From Lachnospiraceae bacterium (GTDB lineage: Bacteria > Bacillota > Clostridia > Lachnospirales > Lachnospiraceae): DNA of 64,000 bases. The position numbers were made by a program, and so were the translations under genes. Where the stretch lies: NCBI GenBank assembly GCA_017511045.1, contig JAFWLM010000015.1, positions 77,707-141,706 of the forward strand, in the 5' to 3' direction. Shown piece by piece: positions 9,601-19,643 of this stretch (position 1 is its first letter; each line of letters begins with the position of its first letter). The notes beneath the pieces were generated by a model. It saw nothing but the letters and a program-made list of their open reading frames with translations, did no database searches and was not told the origin of the DNA.

Positions 9601-10806
9601 CTACTCTAACTTATCAATGTCCTCATTTGAGAGCTCACCGCTATCATAACGCTGAATCAAAGACTTGATCTTCGCCGACGGATCCAGCAAATCGCTGATG
9701 GATACATCATGGTTCAGACTGTCAATAATGTAGGACATGTACTTGGACATATCAACATTAATGAAATAGTCTCTCTTCAGAAGCTCAGGATCCTGGTATG
9801 TCAGGTTAGTGCAGCAGACCCGGGTGAATAATCCCTGCTCATATGCATCATCGAACTTTTTCATACCATTCGTAAACAGACCGAAGGTTGCAAAGATATA
9901 TACGCGATTTGCGCCACGTTCTTTTACGTCCCTGGCGGTATCTATCATGCTTCCGCCGGAAGAGATCATATCATCTACGATGATCACATCTTTTCCTTTA
10001 AGGTCTGTGCCCAAATACTCATGGGCGACGATCGGGTTCTGACCATTTACAACTTGTGTATAGTCTCTCCTCTTGTAGAACATACCCATGTCTACGCCAA
10101 GCACGCTGGCAAAGTACACGGAACGGTCTAACGCGCCTTCATCCGGAGAGATCATCATCAGATGATCCTTATCAAACTTAATATCCTTTTCATATTTGCA
10201 AAGGTTCTTAAGGAATTGATAGGATGGCTTGATGTTTTCAAATCCATTTAAAGGTGCTGCCTGGATAACCCGAGGGTCGTGGGCATCAAACGTTATTAAA
10301 TTGTCGACACCCATATGATAAAGCTCTGTAAGACCCATAGCGCAGTCTAATGACTCACGTCCGGTTCTTTTGTGCTGTCTGCTCTCATATAAGAAAGGCA
10401 TAATAACGGTGATACGTTTTGCCTTGCCGCCGACGGCTCCGATAATACGCTTAAGATCCTGGAAATGATCATCCGGGCTCATGCGGTTCGGTTTGCCGGC
10501 CATACTGTACTCAAGACTGTTGTTACACACATCTACGATCAGGAAGAGATCTTTTCCGCGAACACTTTCTTTCAGAAGTCCCTTTGCTTCGCCTGAGCCG
10601 AAACGCGGAGTTTCCGCTGCGATAATGAAAGTGTCTTTTTCATAGCCGGAAAAGGCGATCGTGTTTTTCAGGTCACTTTCCCTGTTTTTACGCCAGTTGG
10701 TAATGTAACGGTCGATTTTCTGGCCCATTTCCGTGCAGCTCGACAGCGGGATGATCCCGAGCGGGCCGACAGGTATGGTATTGATAGCGATTTCTTCACG
10801 CAGCAT
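9601..10806 (-). CDS. prs: ribose-phosphate pyrophosphokinase (long form, about 80 aa C-terminal extension)
   Basis: PRPP-binding loop DVIIVDDMISSGGSMIDTA and an N-terminal Prs fold. At 401 aa it is longer than the roughly 315 aa canonical enzyme. Confidence 0.85.
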   Translation of the reverse strand: MLREEIAINTIPVGPLGIIPLSSCTEMGQKIDRYITNWRKNRESDLKNTIAFSGYEKDTFIIAAETPRFGSGEAKGLLKESVRGKDLFLIVDVCNNSLEYSMAGKPNRMSPDDHFQDLKRIIGAVGGKAKRITVIMPFLYESRQHKRTGRESLDCAMGLTELYHMGVDNLITFDAHDPRVIQAAPLNGFENIKPSYQFLKNLCKYEKDIKFDKDHLMMISPDEGALDRSVYFASVLGVDMGMFYKRRDYTQVVNGQNPIVAHEYLGTDLKGKDVIIVDDMISSGGSMIDTARDVKERGANRVYIFATFGLFTNGMKKFDDAYEQGLFTRVCCTNLTYQDPELLKRDYFINVDMSKYMSYIIDSLNHDVSISDLLDPSAKIKSLIQRYDSGELSNEDIDKLE

Positions 10807-10808
10807 TT

Positions 10809-11783
10809 TTAGTTTTCCTCCAATTTTTTCGTCATGCGTATATCGTTTCCTAGTAGTTTGATAAATGTATATTTATTAGCAATGCGGGAAAAGATTCGTT
10901 CTGAATAATTATCCTGCAGCTGCTTCAACGAAAGATTTGTTGATATGATCGTGTGTTTCTTACCCAGTATACGCTCATTGACGCAGTTAAACAGCTGTGT
11001 GGCAGTAAAGGAGTTTACCATCTCTGTACCTAAATCGTCAATGATAAGAAGATCACAATCGTAAATGTGTTTTTTTACAAATTCGCTGGATGCTCCTTCG
11101 GACCCGGTTCGGAAGGATCCGAAGGTAACATCCGACAGTATATCAAACAGCCTGATGGCTGATAGGTACACTACGAAATATCCCTGATCCAATAATTCCT
11201 TCGCGATGCAGTTGGTGAGGAATGTCTTCCCGACCCCTGCTGCACCGGTGATGAAGAGATTATCTTCTGAGCGGGAGAAATCGCGGATAAAGCTTTCGGC
11301 TTTCTGCAAAGCATTCTTTGCAGCATCCAAAGCCTCTCCTTCCGGATAATATTTGAAAGAATACGTTCCAAAGTTTTCTTCTTTCAATATCTCCTTGATG
11401 TTTGACTGGTCATAGAGAATATTGGTAACCCTCTCCTTAAAACAGGTACAGAGTTCGTTCCCGACATAACCGGTATCCCGGCATTTTTCACACTCATAGT
11501 GTGCATTCAGGTCATCCTCTGTGAATCCGGCTTCAGACAAAACTTTGTCCTTCTCTGCTCTGAGAGAAGCAAGCTGGTCTTTATACGAACCCGGCAGAGC
11601 TTTTCCTGATATCCTGGATATCGCCTCGGAAACAGAAAGGCCTGCGATCTCATCCTCTATTTCCTTCAACCTGGGAACTTCTCTTTCGATCTGTTCCCTT
11701 CGCTCCCTTAATTCCCTGGCAGCTTCGAGCTGTTTCTCATCGTATTCTTTTAAGATCTGTTCAAATGCTGTCCGGGCAATCAT
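10809..11783 (-). CDS. DnaC/DnaI-like helicase-loader ATPase
   Basis: Walker A GAAGVGKTFL, Walker B DLLIIDDLGTE, and an N-terminal Cys cluster (CEKCRDTGY ... CTCF) as in DnaI. It overlaps the DnaD-like gene by 4 nt. Confidence 0.8.
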   Translation of the reverse strand: MIARTAFEQILKEYDEKQLEAARELRERREQIEREVPRLKEIEDEIAGLSVSEAISRISGKALPGSYKDQLASLRAEKDKVLSEAGFTEDDLNAHYECEKCRDTGYVGNELCTCFKERVTNILYDQSNIKEILKEENFGTYSFKYYPEGEALDAAKNALQKAESFIRDFSRSEDNLFITGAAGVGKTFLTNCIAKELLDQGYFVVYLSAIRLFDILSDVTFGSFRTGSEGASSEFVKKHIYDCDLLIIDDLGTEMVNSFTATQLFNCVNERILGKKHTIISTNLSLKQLQDNYSERIFSRIANKYTFIKLLGNDIRMTKKLEEN

Positions 11784-12904
11784 ACGTTAAATAATTTCTC
11801 CTCCAACTCGGAATAGTCGTAGGTACGCTGATCAAAGTTATTAAACTTATTGGAAGATGCGTTTTTACTTCGTTCGTCTTTCTTTCTCTGCGCTGTTTTC
11901 ATGGATCCTGCAATCGCCTTCTCACGCTTCTCATCCAGAGCTTTCACCTCTTCCATCGAAGAAATGCCTGCGCTCTTCCATCTTTTTAAGATCGAATCCG
12001 CATATTCGAAGCTCGGCTGGTGGATCGTGTCCATGGTACGGTTGCAGGCGTCTAAGATCATCTCCATGTTAAAGCCATAAGAAAGCGTCCATCTCGAAAC
12101 GTAATCCGCCTCTCCCTTGGAAGGTTTTCTTCCGTTCAGTCCAAAGGCTTTCAGAACCGGATAACAGCTGTCTGAATAAATGCTGTTTAATGCTTTCGCA
12201 CCCTTCAGTGTGCTGATTCCCTGCTCTGCCCAGCCAATGGCTGTCTTTTCGATATACCGCATATGTTTATGCCCTTTTGAAATGCAGTATTCAAATAAAT
12301 ATTCGATCACATCTGCAGGAAGCTTCAGAGTGTCATAGAAAAATAACACTGTATTTAAATCTGCGCCCGAGAGGGCATGACCTAAATATTTCTGAATGCT
12401 GTATAAGAGCATTGTAACATCATCTTTTTCGGAGAAAGATGCAATCTCAGTCGGTGTATACTGTTTCTTGGTATAGACCGTCTTTGGCTCTTCCCCTTCT
12501 TCTGCAGAGAAGACCTCCTGTGCAGCCTCCTGCTCTTTGGCAGGCTCAGCAGGCTGTGCAGGTTTCGCAGAAACATTGACCGTGATCTTTTCGGTCTCGT
12601 CTGTCATTTCCGCAAAAGAGATCATACGTAAGGAAGTGAGGGTTCCGTCTTCAAAGGTAAGCTTTAAGAGGCCTTTCTTCTCCCAGTACTTGAGCGCCCG
12701 GATCACATCTTTTTCAGAATCTTCCAGTGCGTCCGCGATCTTTGCAATCGACAGCTCGCTGCGGTTCTCCTCTACACATTTTAATAAATAGATATATATT
12801 TTTACGAATTCACCTGCGGCCTTCGGCATGTACTTTTCAATAAAGCAGTTTGGTATGCGTGTTGCCTGAGTGAATACATCTTGCTGTAGCTTAAACTGAC
12901 TCAT
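11780..12904 (-). CDS. DnaD-domain replication initiation / helicase-loading protein (B. subtilis DnaB/DnaD-like)
   Basis: The winged-helix N-terminus and a DnaD-type repeat (YFEYCISKGHKHMRYIEKTAIGWAEQGIST) are typical of DnaD-domain proteins that pair with DnaI. Start set at ATG 12904 (MSQFKL); the ORF-track start is a TTG. Confidence 0.7.
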   Translation of the reverse strand: MSQFKLQQDVFTQATRIPNCFIEKYMPKAAGEFVKIYIYLLKCVEENRSELSIAKIADALEDSEKDVIRALKYWEKKGLLKLTFEDGTLTSLRMISFAEMTDETEKITVNVSAKPAQPAEPAKEQEAAQEVFSAEEGEEPKTVYTKKQYTPTEIASFSEKDDVTMLLYSIQKYLGHALSGADLNTVLFFYDTLKLPADVIEYLFEYCISKGHKHMRYIEKTAIGWAEQGISTLKGAKALNSIYSDSCYPVLKAFGLNGRKPSKGEADYVSRWTLSYGFNMEMILDACNRTMDTIHQPSFEYADSILKRWKSAGISSMEEVKALDEKREKAIAGSMKTAQRKKDERSKNASSNKFNNFDQRTYDYSELEEKLFNV

Positions 12905-13043
12905 GAAACAAACAAAACTCCTGTTACAAATCCCCAATCAAACGCAAATTTTGTCATTTACCATTTGAGTGTACGTGGAATATAGCATAGTTTTTTTGAT
13001 TTGAAAATAGCCCCAAAATCCCGATCCCCGTCAAACGTTTATA

Positions 13044-13070
13044 TGTGGATAATGTGGATAAAGTGGATAA
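13044..13070 (-). promoter_or_regulatory. three contiguous DnaA boxes
   Basis: Plus strand TGTGGATAA TGTGGATAA AGTGGATAA with no gaps. This is the reverse complement of TTATCCACA (two perfect copies) and TTATCCACT, about 140 nt upstream of the DnaD-like start. Confidence 0.7.
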
Positions 13071-13091
13071 AAAAAGGTTTAAAAAAAGAAC

Positions 13092-13115
13092 AAAAAAACC
13101 ACCCCGTCGGAGTGG
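13092..13115 (-). terminator. intrinsic terminator after murC
   Basis: Minus strand CCACUCCGACGGGGUGG followed by UUUUUUUG. Confidence 0.6.
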
Positions 13116-13193
13116 CTTTATTTTAAGCGTGTCAATAGTTTACCGGCCTCGTTTTTAAAAAAATACATGCTTTTTCAAGGACCCTGAAAATTT

Positions 13194-13211
13194 TGTGGAT
13201 AAAGTGGATAA
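13194..13211 (-). promoter_or_regulatory. two contiguous DnaA boxes abutting the murC stop codon
   Basis: Plus strand TGTGGATAA AGTGGATAA, in the same orientation as the 13044-13070 array. Confidence 0.65.
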
Positions 13212-14591
13212 CTATTTTCCAAGGAGCTTTTCGCCTATAATATATACATCTCCGGCTCCCATAGTTATTAACAGATCTCCGTTTACACAATTTTCTAACA
13301 AAAAATTTTCAATCTCGTCGAAAGTCGGGAAGCAATAGCACTCACGACCCGTTTTATCGATGAGTTCTTTGATATTTTCCGAAGAGATTCCAAGTGTATT
13401 TTTCTCTCTGGCTGCGTAGATCGGCGCAAGAACGACAGCGTCTGCCAGGCTTAATGCATCTGCAAATCCGTCAAGGAATGCCTTTGTGCGGGTATAGGTA
13501 TGCGGCTGGAATACGACCCAGAGTTTTCTGTGCGGATAATTTGCTGCCGCCTTCAGGGTTGCACGGATCTCATCCGGATGGTGGGCATAGTCATCTACGA
13601 TCGTAACGCCCCCTACTTCCCCTTTCAGCTGGAATCTTCTGTCAACTCCGGTAAATGCACTGATAGAGACTGCTGCTTTTTCTGCATTGATCCCCAGATG
13701 TGCCGCTGCTGCGAAGGCTGCAAGAGAATTATAGACATTATGTTCTCCCGGCAGTTTCAGGGCTGCATGCGCTGCATATGCTCCATTAATATAAAGATCA
13801 TACTCGGCACAGGCAAACTGATTGTAAGAAATGTTTTTCGCCGTATAGTCAAAATCACCATGAAGACCAAAGGTCGTTATCTCGCAGGAAAGTCCGTCAG
13901 TGAAATAAGAAAGGTCCTCGATCTCACCATTGATAATCAGAACGCCGTTATCCGGGAGCAGACGCGTGTAGGTTTTAAAGCTGTTCCGGATATCGTCCAG
14001 ATCCTTAAAAAAGTCCATATGGTCTTCCTGAACGTTCAGAATGATCTCCATCGTCGGGAAGAAGGAAAGGAAACTGTTGGTATATTCACAGGCTTCTGTC
14101 AGGAAATATCCGGAATGACCGATACGGATGTTTCCGCCGATTGCAGGAAGAATACCGCCGACAGAGATCGTCGGATCAGTTTCTGCATCCAGCAGGATCT
14201 GGGAGATTAGCGAAGTCGTTGTCGTCTTCCCGTGTGTTCCGGAAACGCAGACGGCACGTTCATAGTTCTTCATCAAAGCGCCCAGGAAATCCGCGCGGAC
14301 CATCATCGGGATGCCTGCTTCTTTAGCAGCTTTAAGCTCCGGATTGTCTTCTGAGATTGCTGCGGTATAAACGACCAGGTCGATATCATCTGTGATATTG
14401 GCAGCGGACTGTCCGATCATGATCTTAGCTCCGAGAGCTTCCAGCTCATCTGTCAATTCGCTCTGCTTGGAATCAGAGCCGGAAACTACAAAGCCCCTTG
14501 ATAAAAGGATGTGGGCAAGTCCGCTCATGCTGATTCCGCCGATGCCGATAAAATGTACATGTTTTTTGTTGTTAAAATCAAGTGTTGTCAT
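13212..14591 (-). CDS. murC: UDP-N-acetylmuramate--L-alanine ligase
   Basis: 459 aa with the Mur ligase P-loop GTHGKTTTTS and a MurC-type N-terminal Rossmann motif HFIGIGGISMSGLA. Confidence 0.95.
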   Translation of the reverse strand: MTTLDFNNKKHVHFIGIGGISMSGLAHILLSRGFVVSGSDSKQSELTDELEALGAKIMIGQSAANITDDIDLVVYTAAISEDNPELKAAKEAGIPMMVRADFLGALMKNYERAVCVSGTHGKTTTTSLISQILLDAETDPTISVGGILPAIGGNIRIGHSGYFLTEACEYTNSFLSFFPTMEIILNVQEDHMDFFKDLDDIRNSFKTYTRLLPDNGVLIINGEIEDLSYFTDGLSCEITTFGLHGDFDYTAKNISYNQFACAEYDLYINGAYAAHAALKLPGEHNVYNSLAAFAAAAHLGINAEKAAVSISAFTGVDRRFQLKGEVGGVTIVDDYAHHPDEIRATLKAAANYPHRKLWVVFQPHTYTRTKAFLDGFADALSLADAVVLAPIYAAREKNTLGISSENIKELIDKTGRECYCFPTFDEIENFLLENCVNGDLLITMGAGDVYIIGEKLLGK

Positions 14592-14611
14592 GTTAGCTGT
14601 CCTCTTTTACT

Positions 14612-14782
14612 TGTAAAGAACGTCTTGCACTGCTTCGTGCTTCGCACTCCCGCAGTGCGAAAAACATTCCGTACTCCGGGCTGCCCGCCCTGCGTACTCC
14701 ATGTTTTTCAGCTCTCGCAATCCCTGCGTGTCTGTCCGCATAAATGCGTCCATCCACACAGTCATTGCTCAAGACTTTCTTT
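14612..14782 (-). repeat. GC-rich intergenic repeat, copy A (sense on the minus strand)
   Basis: The minus-strand core CATGGAGTACGCAGGGCGGGCAGCCCGGAGTACGGAATG ... GTGCGAAGCACGAAGC aligns by eye with copy C (53885-53980, plus strand) and copy B (51879-52010, minus strand). Confidence 0.5.
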
Positions 14783-14813
14783 ACAGAATAATAGCGACAA
14801 GCCTTCTTGTCGC
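14783..14813 (-). terminator. intrinsic terminator after spoVG
   Basis: Minus strand GCGACAAG-AAGG-CUUGUCGC followed by a U-rich tail UAUUAUUCU. Confidence 0.55.
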
Positions 14814-14844
14814 CTAAATTATTCTTTTGCATTTTTTTGAGTAC

Positions 14845-15126
14845 TTAGAATTCGGTGCTTGATGGTTCCTTAGCAGCTTCTTCTTCGTATCTTTCCAGGA
14901 TGATACGCTGGATGCGGTCGCGTGTTTCTGAGTTGATTGGATGAGCAATATCGCGATACTCGCCGTCCTGAGTTTTTCTGCTAGGCATAGCAATGAATAA
15001 GCCTTTTTCACCTTCGATGACTTTGATGTCATGAACGACGAATTCTGAATCCAGGGTAATGGAAACAACGGCTTTCATCTTACCTTCCTTAGCGACCATT
15101 CGTACTCTAACATCAGTGATCTCCAT
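14845..15126 (-). CDS. spoVG: septation protein SpoVG
   Basis: [11 protein letters not shown] ... KAVVSITLD ... [11 protein letters not shown] is the canonical SpoVG N-terminus. Confidence 0.95.
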   Translation of the reverse strand: MEITDVRVRMVAKEGKMKAVVSITLDSEFVVHDIKVIEGEKGLFIAMPSRKTQDGEYRDIAHPINSETRDRIQRIILERYEEEAAKEPSSTEF

Positions 15127-15272
15127 ATTCAGTTACTCCTTTGTTCTAAAAAAAATACAGAACGGCAGTTAGATTATATCATACACGACCAAAAAATCAA
15201 TAAAATTAACTTCATGTTTTTATCAATTTAAAGCATTAAAATGCTACGAAAAGTTAAAGCCTGTGCGCAGAA

Positions 15273-16109
15273 TCAGATCTCTAACACCTTATTCAGGAAG
15301 TCTTGAGTCCTCGGGTTCTTCGGATTTTTGAAGACCTCCTCCGGAGTTCCCTCTTCCATGATGATTCCCTGATCCATAAACAGGACACGGTCAGCAACTT
15401 CCATTGCAAATCCCATCTCGTGCGTAACGACGACCATGGTCATGCCTTCCGCCGCCAGCTCTTTCATGATCACAAGGACCTCACCGATCATTTCCGGATC
15501 GAGTGCTGAAGTCGGCTCATCAAAGAGCATGATGTCCGGCTGCATGCATAGCGCCCGCGCGATCGCAACTCTTTGCTTCTGTCCGCCGGAGAGCTGATGC
15601 GGATATGCATCCGCCTTGTCTAAAAGGCCTACCCGGTCGAGCATCTTTCTCGCAGTCTCTTCCGCTTTCTCCTTGGATTCTTTCTTAACATCCACAGGCG
15701 CCAGCGTCAGATTCCTCAGAACACTCATGTTGGCGAACAGATTAAAGTGCTGGAACACCATGCCAACGTTCTCGCGGACTTTATTGATATTGACTTTTTT
15801 ATCAGCAATATTATTTCCATCAATGATAACGGTTCCGGAGGTGATCTCCTCCAGTCCGTTTAAGCATCTGATAAAGGTGGATTTTCCGCTTCCGGAAGGT
15901 CCGATGACAACGACAACTTCTCCTTCCGTGATGTCTGTGGAAACACCTTTTAAGACCTCCAGGGTCTTGTTATAAGTTTTATGAAGATCATCGACATGGA
16001 TCTTTACGTTGTCAGAATTTCCTTGTACTTTTTTCTCTATATGATGGGACAGCAGCATTTCCATTTCAGCAGCTGTGACCTTATCTTGCTCTCTTTGCTT
16101 TTCTGCCAT
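15273..16109 (-). CDS. polar amino acid ABC transporter ATP-binding protein
   Basis: Walker [10 protein letters not shown], signature [15 protein letters not shown], Walker [19 protein letters not shown] lies 7 nt upstream of ATG 16109. Confidence 0.9.
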   Translation of the reverse strand: MAEKQREQDKVTAAEMEMLLSHHIEKKVQGNSDNVKIHVDDLHKTYNKTLEVLKGVSTDITEGEVVVVIGPSGSGKSTFIRCLNGLEEITSGTVIIDGNNIADKKVNINKVRENVGMVFQHFNLFANMSVLRNLTLAPVDVKKESKEKAEETARKMLDRVGLLDKADAYPHQLSGGQKQRVAIARALCMQPDIMLFDEPTSALDPEMIGEVLVIMKELAAEGMTMVVVTHEMGFAMEVADRVLFMDQGIIMEEGTPEEVFKNPKNPRTQDFLNKVLEI

Positions 16110-16767
16110 AGTTCAGCCTCCTTTCCAGGATTTTTGCGACCTGCTGTAATACCAGGATCACGATCAGATACATTACACCGACAATTGCCCAGACCTGGAA
16201 GGACTTGAAGGTAATTGCGATGACGTTCTGCGCCTTGTTTACCAGTTCCGGGAATCCGATAACGGAAAGGATCGACGTATCTTTCAACGTGATGATGAAC
16301 TGGTTGACGATGCTTGGGATCATATTTTTGATCGCCTGCGGAAGCACGACACGGAACATACTTCTCCAGTATGTAAGTCCTAAGCTTCTTGCAGCTTCCA
16401 TCTGTCCCGGGTCGATCGACTGGATACCTGCGCGAATGATCTCCGCCATATATGCGCCGCAGTTAAGTGCCAGACAGATCGTACCTGCAGTCAGTGCCGT
16501 AAGCGTAACTCCTGCATGGAAGAATTGATTCAATGCATAAGGTACGCCCAGATAGATGAAGAACGCGAGAACGATCATCGGAACGCCACGGATCAGATTG
16601 ACATAGACCAATGAGATCGCATGGCAGACTTTGCTCTTAACAACGCTCATCAAACCAAAAATAATACCCAGAATACAGCCGAAGATCAGGCCGAGCAGCG
16701 CTAAGAGCAGCGTCTGTCCCATAGCCTGAAGCAGGAGCATTCCGTATTTACCAAGAATTTGTGCCAT
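16081..16767 (-). CDS. polar amino acid ABC transporter permease
   Basis: HisM/GlnP-type permease with the EAA-like loop ([11 protein letters not shown]). Start set at ATG 16767, preceded by AGGTGG. Confidence 0.85.
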   Translation of the reverse strand: MAQILGKYGMLLLQAMGQTLLLALLGLIFGCILGIIFGLMSVVKSKVCHAISLVYVNLIRGVPMIVLAFFIYLGVPYALNQFFHAGVTLTALTAGTICLALNCGAYMAEIIRAGIQSIDPGQMEAARSLGLTYWRSMFRVVLPQAIKNMIPSIVNQFIITLKDTSILSVIGFPELVNKAQNVIAITFKSFQVWAIVGVMYLIVILVLQQVAKILERRLNYGRKAKRAR

Positions 16768-16868
16768 AAAACACACCCACCTTTAATAAGATAAGGGCAT
16801 CGGAGAAACCTCCAATGCCCCTACAAAATTTTCTAATTCAGCAAAAGCAATTCTGTTTTTCCTAAATC

Positions 16869-17681
16869 CTAGCCAAGATATTTCGCGATGATCTCATCAT
16901 ATGTGCCGTTTGCTCTGATGTTTGCAAGACCTGCATTGAAAAGATCAATCAGTTCCTGATTGTCTGCATTAAAGATTGCCATACCATACTGAGCCGGCTC
17001 ATTCTCTGTTCCTTCAACGAACTTCATGGAAAGATCGCCTGCCTGGATGCTGTATTTCAGGATCGGGGTATCATCGAAGCAAGCTGCTGCCTGTCCGCCC
17101 ATGACCTGCTGATACATATCAGGAGATGTGGAAACGCGGGTAACAGTAAATCCGATCTCCTCGCTGAGAGCAGTTGCATACTCATCGCTCATGGTTCCGT
17201 TCTTAACAACAACAGTCTTTCCTGCGAGATCCTGAACAGATGCGATCGTAGAATCAGCTGCAACAGCCATTCCCTGGGTTGCATCATAGTATCCGTCAGA
17301 GAAGATCCAGCCATTGGCCTGTCTTTCTTCTGTAATAGATGCGCCTGCGATCATTCCGTCAGCCTGTCCTGCCTGGCACTCAGCGATTGCTGCGTCCCAG
17401 CCGACATAATGAAGGTCATAGGTAAATCCCTGATCTTCTGCAACAGCTGCAAGAATATCCATATCGATACCAACGATGTTGCCGTTCTCATCTTCAAATT
17501 CGAACGGGCTGAAACCTTTATCGGTTGCAACAACAAAGTGCTTTCCGCCAGCCGGAGCTGCGTCGCCGCCGGAACCAGCCGGAGCTGCGTCATCGCCCTT
17601 AGAGCCGCCGCAAGCTGCAAGCATTCCTACTGCGAATACTGCTACGAGTACGAGTGCTAAAATTTTCTTCATATTTTTCAT
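16869..17681 (-). CDS. amino acid ABC transporter substrate-binding lipoprotein
   Basis: Lipobox LAACGG, a family-3 SBP fold and a strong SD. Confidence 0.85.
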   Translation of the reverse strand: MKNMKKILALVLVAVFAVGMLAACGGSKGDDAAPAGSGGDAAPAGGKHFVVATDKGFSPFEFEDENGNIVGIDMDILAAVAEDQGFTYDLHYVGWDAAIAECQAGQADGMIAGASITEERQANGWIFSDGYYDATQGMAVAADSTIASVQDLAGKTVVVKNGTMSDEYATALSEEIGFTVTRVSTSPDMYQQVMGGQAAACFDDTPILKYSIQAGDLSMKFVEGTENEPAQYGMAIFNADNQELIDLFNAGLANIRANGTYDEIIAKYLG

Positions 17682-17834
17682 TTCCTTTCCTCCTTCTTTT
17701 CGCTTCGGTTTTCCCTTTACTTCCTTTTATAAGCGAAAAAACATGGTGGTATTATACTAAAATCGCTATAGAGTGTCCACATTCTTTGCTAAATAGTCAA
17801 ATTTACTTTTACAAAATGTCAAAATGTAAAACTA

Positions 17835-17871
17835 AAAAAGGAGACAGAGAACCGTCCCCTGTCTCCTTTTT
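17835..17871 (-). terminator. intrinsic terminator after xth (GGAGACAG-stem hairpin, copy H1)
   Basis: GGAGACAG (17840-17847) pairs with CTGTCTCC (17859-17866), flanked by A5 and T5 runs. Confidence 0.6.
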
Positions 17872-17872
17872 C

Positions 17873-18628
17873 TTACAGATCGATATCCAGCTCCACCGGG
17901 CAATGGTCAGAACCAAAGATTTCTGTATGGATCTTTGCGTCTTTCAGCTTCTCCGCCAGCGATCCGGAACAGATAAAATAGTCGATACGCCACCCTGCGT
18001 TCCGTTCACGCGCTTTCATCCTGTAGCTCCACCAGGAATACATCTGCTCTGCATCGGGGTAGAAATAACGGAAGGTGTCGATAAATCCGGCATCCAGGAC
18101 CGCGCTCATCTTCTCCCTTTCCTCATCGGTAAACCCGGCGTTCATGTGATTCGTTTTCGGGTTTTTAAGGTCGATCTCTTTGTGAGCAACATTAAGGTCG
18201 CCGCAGTAAATAATCGGTTTTTTCTTTTCCAGTTTTTTAATATATTTTAAGAAATCATCCTCCCATCTCATCCGGTAGTCCAGTCGTTTTAACCCATCCT
18301 GGGAATTCGGAACATAGACCGTGATCATATAAAAGTCTTCAAACTCAAGAGTGATCACCCGTCCTTCGTGATCATGTTCTTCGACACCGATGCCGTAAGC
18401 AACGGAAAGCGGCTCTCTTTTCGTAAAGATCGCGGTTCCGGAATAGCCCTTTTTTTCTGCATAATTCCAGTACTGGTGATATCCCGGAAGGTCAAGGACA
18501 AGCTGTCCCTCCTGCATCTTAGTCTCCTGCAGGCAGAAGATGTCGGCATCGATATTATTAAAAAAATCCATGAATCCCTTGCCATGGCAGGCACGTATTC
18601 CATTTACATTCCATGAGATCAGTTTCAT
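17873..18628 (-). CDS. xth: exodeoxyribonuclease III
   Basis: [13 protein letters not shown] ... FCLQETK ... SDHCPV are hallmark ExoIII/APE motifs. Start set at ATG 18628. Confidence 0.9.
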   Translation of the reverse strand: MKLISWNVNGIRACHGKGFMDFFNNIDADIFCLQETKMQEGQLVLDLPGYHQYWNYAEKKGYSGTAIFTKREPLSVAYGIGVEEHDHEGRVITLEFEDFYMITVYVPNSQDGLKRLDYRMRWEDDFLKYIKKLEKKKPIIYCGDLNVAHKEIDLKNPKTNHMNAGFTDEEREKMSAVLDAGFIDTFRYFYPDAEQMYSWWSYRMKARERNAGWRIDYFICSGSLAEKLKDAKIHTEIFGSDHCPVELDIDL

Positions 18629-18786
18629 TGTGTCCTCGCTTTTTCTGTTCTCCTGCGTTCTGCAGGCATCATTCATCAACCGTTTAAGTTTATCATACTT
18701 TATTTTGTTTTTTAAGTTCATTTAGGTTTCGCTTTTTATACTTCGTGACATAAGAGCAATCCCTATATGAATATGGAGGTAATAAA

Positions 18787-19575
18787 ATGGCTTATCAGTC
18801 CGTATTTAAAAGATTTGAGAAAAAATATCTGCTTACCCTCGAGCAGAAAGAAAAACTGATGAAGAAGATGGCAGGTCATATGAAATTAGATGAGTATGGT
18901 CAATCAACGATCCGCAATATCTATTTTGATACAGACGACTATCTGCTGATCCGCCGCTCCATCGACAAGCCGAGTTACAAAGAAAAGCTCCGCATCCGCA
19001 GTTATAAAAAAGCAACACCGGACAGCGAGACCTTTGTGGAAATAAAAAAGAAATTTGACAAGATCGTCTACAAAAGAAGGATCTCCCTTCCGGAAAAGGA
19101 AGCAATGAACTGGATCGCAGGAAAAAGGGAATGCAGTAAGGAAGGCCAGATCACAAATGAGATCAATTACTTCCTGAAACACTATAAAGGGCTGAAGCCC
19201 GCAGTGTTCCTCAGTTACGACAGAGAGGCTTACTACTGTGAAGAAAGAAAAGACTTCCGCGTCACGTTTGACCGGAACATCTTAGCCCGAACCGAAAACA
19301 TCTCCCTGCAGGAAGATCCATATGGAACTTCTCTTCTCCCGGAAGGGAAAGTACTGATGGAACTGAAATGTGCCGGCGGATACCCTATGTGGATGGTGAA
19401 GTTCCTTTCTGAAAACAAGATCTATAAAACATCCTTTTCGAAATACGGAACAGCATATCAGACAATGATCTGGCCGGAGAAGCAAAAGAATCTGCAGGCA
19501 GTGCGCAGGCAGGAAAGTGTAAGGAGCAGAAGGATACCGGCAAGAGCAAGGGTCGCAGTGCTCCAGCACGCATGA
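18787..19575 (+). CDS. VTC-domain (polyphosphate polymerase-like, CYTH-type) protein
   Basis: FEKKYLL ... IRNIYFDTDDYLLIRRS ... KLRIRSY is a typical bacterial VTC-domain pattern. GGAGG SD. Confidence 0.7.
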   Translation: MAYQSVFKRFEKKYLLTLEQKEKLMKKMAGHMKLDEYGQSTIRNIYFDTDDYLLIRRSIDKPSYKEKLRIRSYKKATPDSETFVEIKKKFDKIVYKRRISLPEKEAMNWIAGKRECSKEGQITNEINYFLKHYKGLKPAVFLSYDREAYYCEERKDFRVTFDRNILARTENISLQEDPYGTSLLPEGKVLMELKCAGGYPMWMVKFLSENKIYKTSFSKYGTAYQTMIWPEKQKNLQAVRRQESVRSRRIPARARVAVLQHA

Positions 19576-19643
19576 TCAAAGGATACAAAGGAAACATAAA
19601 AGCAGGAAACGAACACTGCGCTATTTAGAGGAGGCTTATAACA

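Noticed and set aside
13044-13211. Calling the DnaA-box cluster the chromosomal origin (oriC)
   Set aside because: No dnaA, dnaN or rpmH context is present. There are only five boxes, all in one orientation, and a terminator sits between the two arrays. I could not verify a DnaA-trio/DUE arrangement. It is kept as a regulatory or titration-site hypothesis instead.
13500-14210. 236 aa plus-strand ORF
   Set aside because: It is antisense to murC and is a shadow ORF.
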